A DNA stretch of 50,946 nt, from positions 1 through 50,946 of the forward strand of contig CAJVPI010000127.1 of the NCBI GenBank assembly GCA_910592345.1. Direction: 5' to 3'. Shown one piece after another: positions 50,341 to 50,946 of the stretch (position 1 is the first letter of the stretch; each line of letters begins with the position of its first letter). The notes beneath the pieces were generated by a model that worked only from the letters and a program-made list of their open reading frames with translations, ran no database searches and had not been told where the DNA came from. Made by a program: the position numbers and the translations under genes. This stretch comes from Paraglomus brasilianum. Lineage: Eukaryota.

Positions 50341-50399
50341 TACTAAGTATTGTCGACACAAGAGGCCCAGGCAATATACTTGGGTCTCTCGTCAGCTTA

Positions 50400-50629
50400 C
50401 CTCCTCCGACAGATTTGGTAAGTATGTAATTTAAAGGAGATGTAGGTGCTCATAAGCTCTTGCCAAACGCAGTGGAAAGATTTCTTTATTGTTTGATAAA
50501 CTATACGTGAGATTGTAATAGAAACAATAATATAAATAGCACGATTACTGAAAATGTCTGTTGATCACTCCCCTATGTACCTCCCCCTATAGTGATTGCA
50601 ACTTCGATTGCCAAATCTGATAGTGGAGG
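50400..50629. mobile_element. MITE-like repeat, family copy B, TA-flanked
   Basis: TA|CCTCCTCCGACAGATTTGGTAA ... TTGCCAAATCTGATAGTGGAGG|TA; homologous to 48311-48432. Confidence 0.75.
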
Positions 50630-50746
50630 TAGCTGATGAGAGTACCCTTGGTTGGAAATTTTGTTCTCAGTCATCGTGAGTCTGAGTTTGAATTTATCCC
50701 TTCCCCTCTTGCTAATATCGTATGTAATAGTAATGTATTAACTCCT

Positions 50747-50946
50747 TTAAAGTGAACTTGACTTTAATTTTATCCCATTCAGGCGACTCGAGCAGTGTTT
50801 TTCAGCCTCTGTAGTATATCTTCTAGATTCTCTTCTAGATTCTAAATAAACAAATAAAACGATGAGCAGTATAAAAACACAACAGATAACAAAATAAAAC
50901 AAAGTTACATGAAAGACATACCACCAGGGTTTGGCCATTCTTCATC
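50747..50946 (-). CDS. 3' part of a paralog of the 49320-49655 small gene (5' end outside the window)
   Basis: ...WPNPG|ESRRESRRYTTEAEK... has the same CCTGGTG|GT donor and a recognisably similar intron (TAACTTTGTTTTATT, TTGTTATCTGT, ATCGTTT(T)ATTTGT.TATT(T)AG). Confidence 0.45.

Overview
AT-rich, intron-dense fungal nuclear DNA. It is most consistent with an early-diverging fungus, probably Mucoromycota/Glomeromycotina; this is an inference from gene content, short GT-AG introns and the repeat landscape. Bases 1-42 kb hold conserved genes: TVP23, ATG17, an AMSH/STAMBP deubiquitinase, condensin Cnd1/Ycs4, PEX14, an ICMT-family methyltransferase, TFIIA-gamma, an Ish1-domain protein, metaxin/SAM37, NAB3, a PPIL1-type cyclophilin, COX4, an intronless UTP4 and SSU72. 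The same stretch has two lineage-specific small genes, a NUMOD1-domain gene and a secreted ricin-B-like protein. Bases 42-51 kb are a degenerate transposon field (hAT, Tc1/mariner and pogo-type MITEs, helicase and OB-fold remnants) with an inverted pair of small presequence-like paralogs. The most unusual signal is three dispersed copies of the same ~21-27 bp micro-insertion (core CTAAATAAAGACCTCGAAACC), each flanked by a different 13-18 bp target-site duplication that starts with TCAA, plus an 'empty' 19-bp TCAA duplication. This suggests a site-preferring target-primed insertion system that leaves ultra-short inserts. Also seen: a candidate U12 (minor-spliceosome) intron in the AMSH gene and two GC-AG introns. 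All gene models were spliced by eye and no database searches were run.
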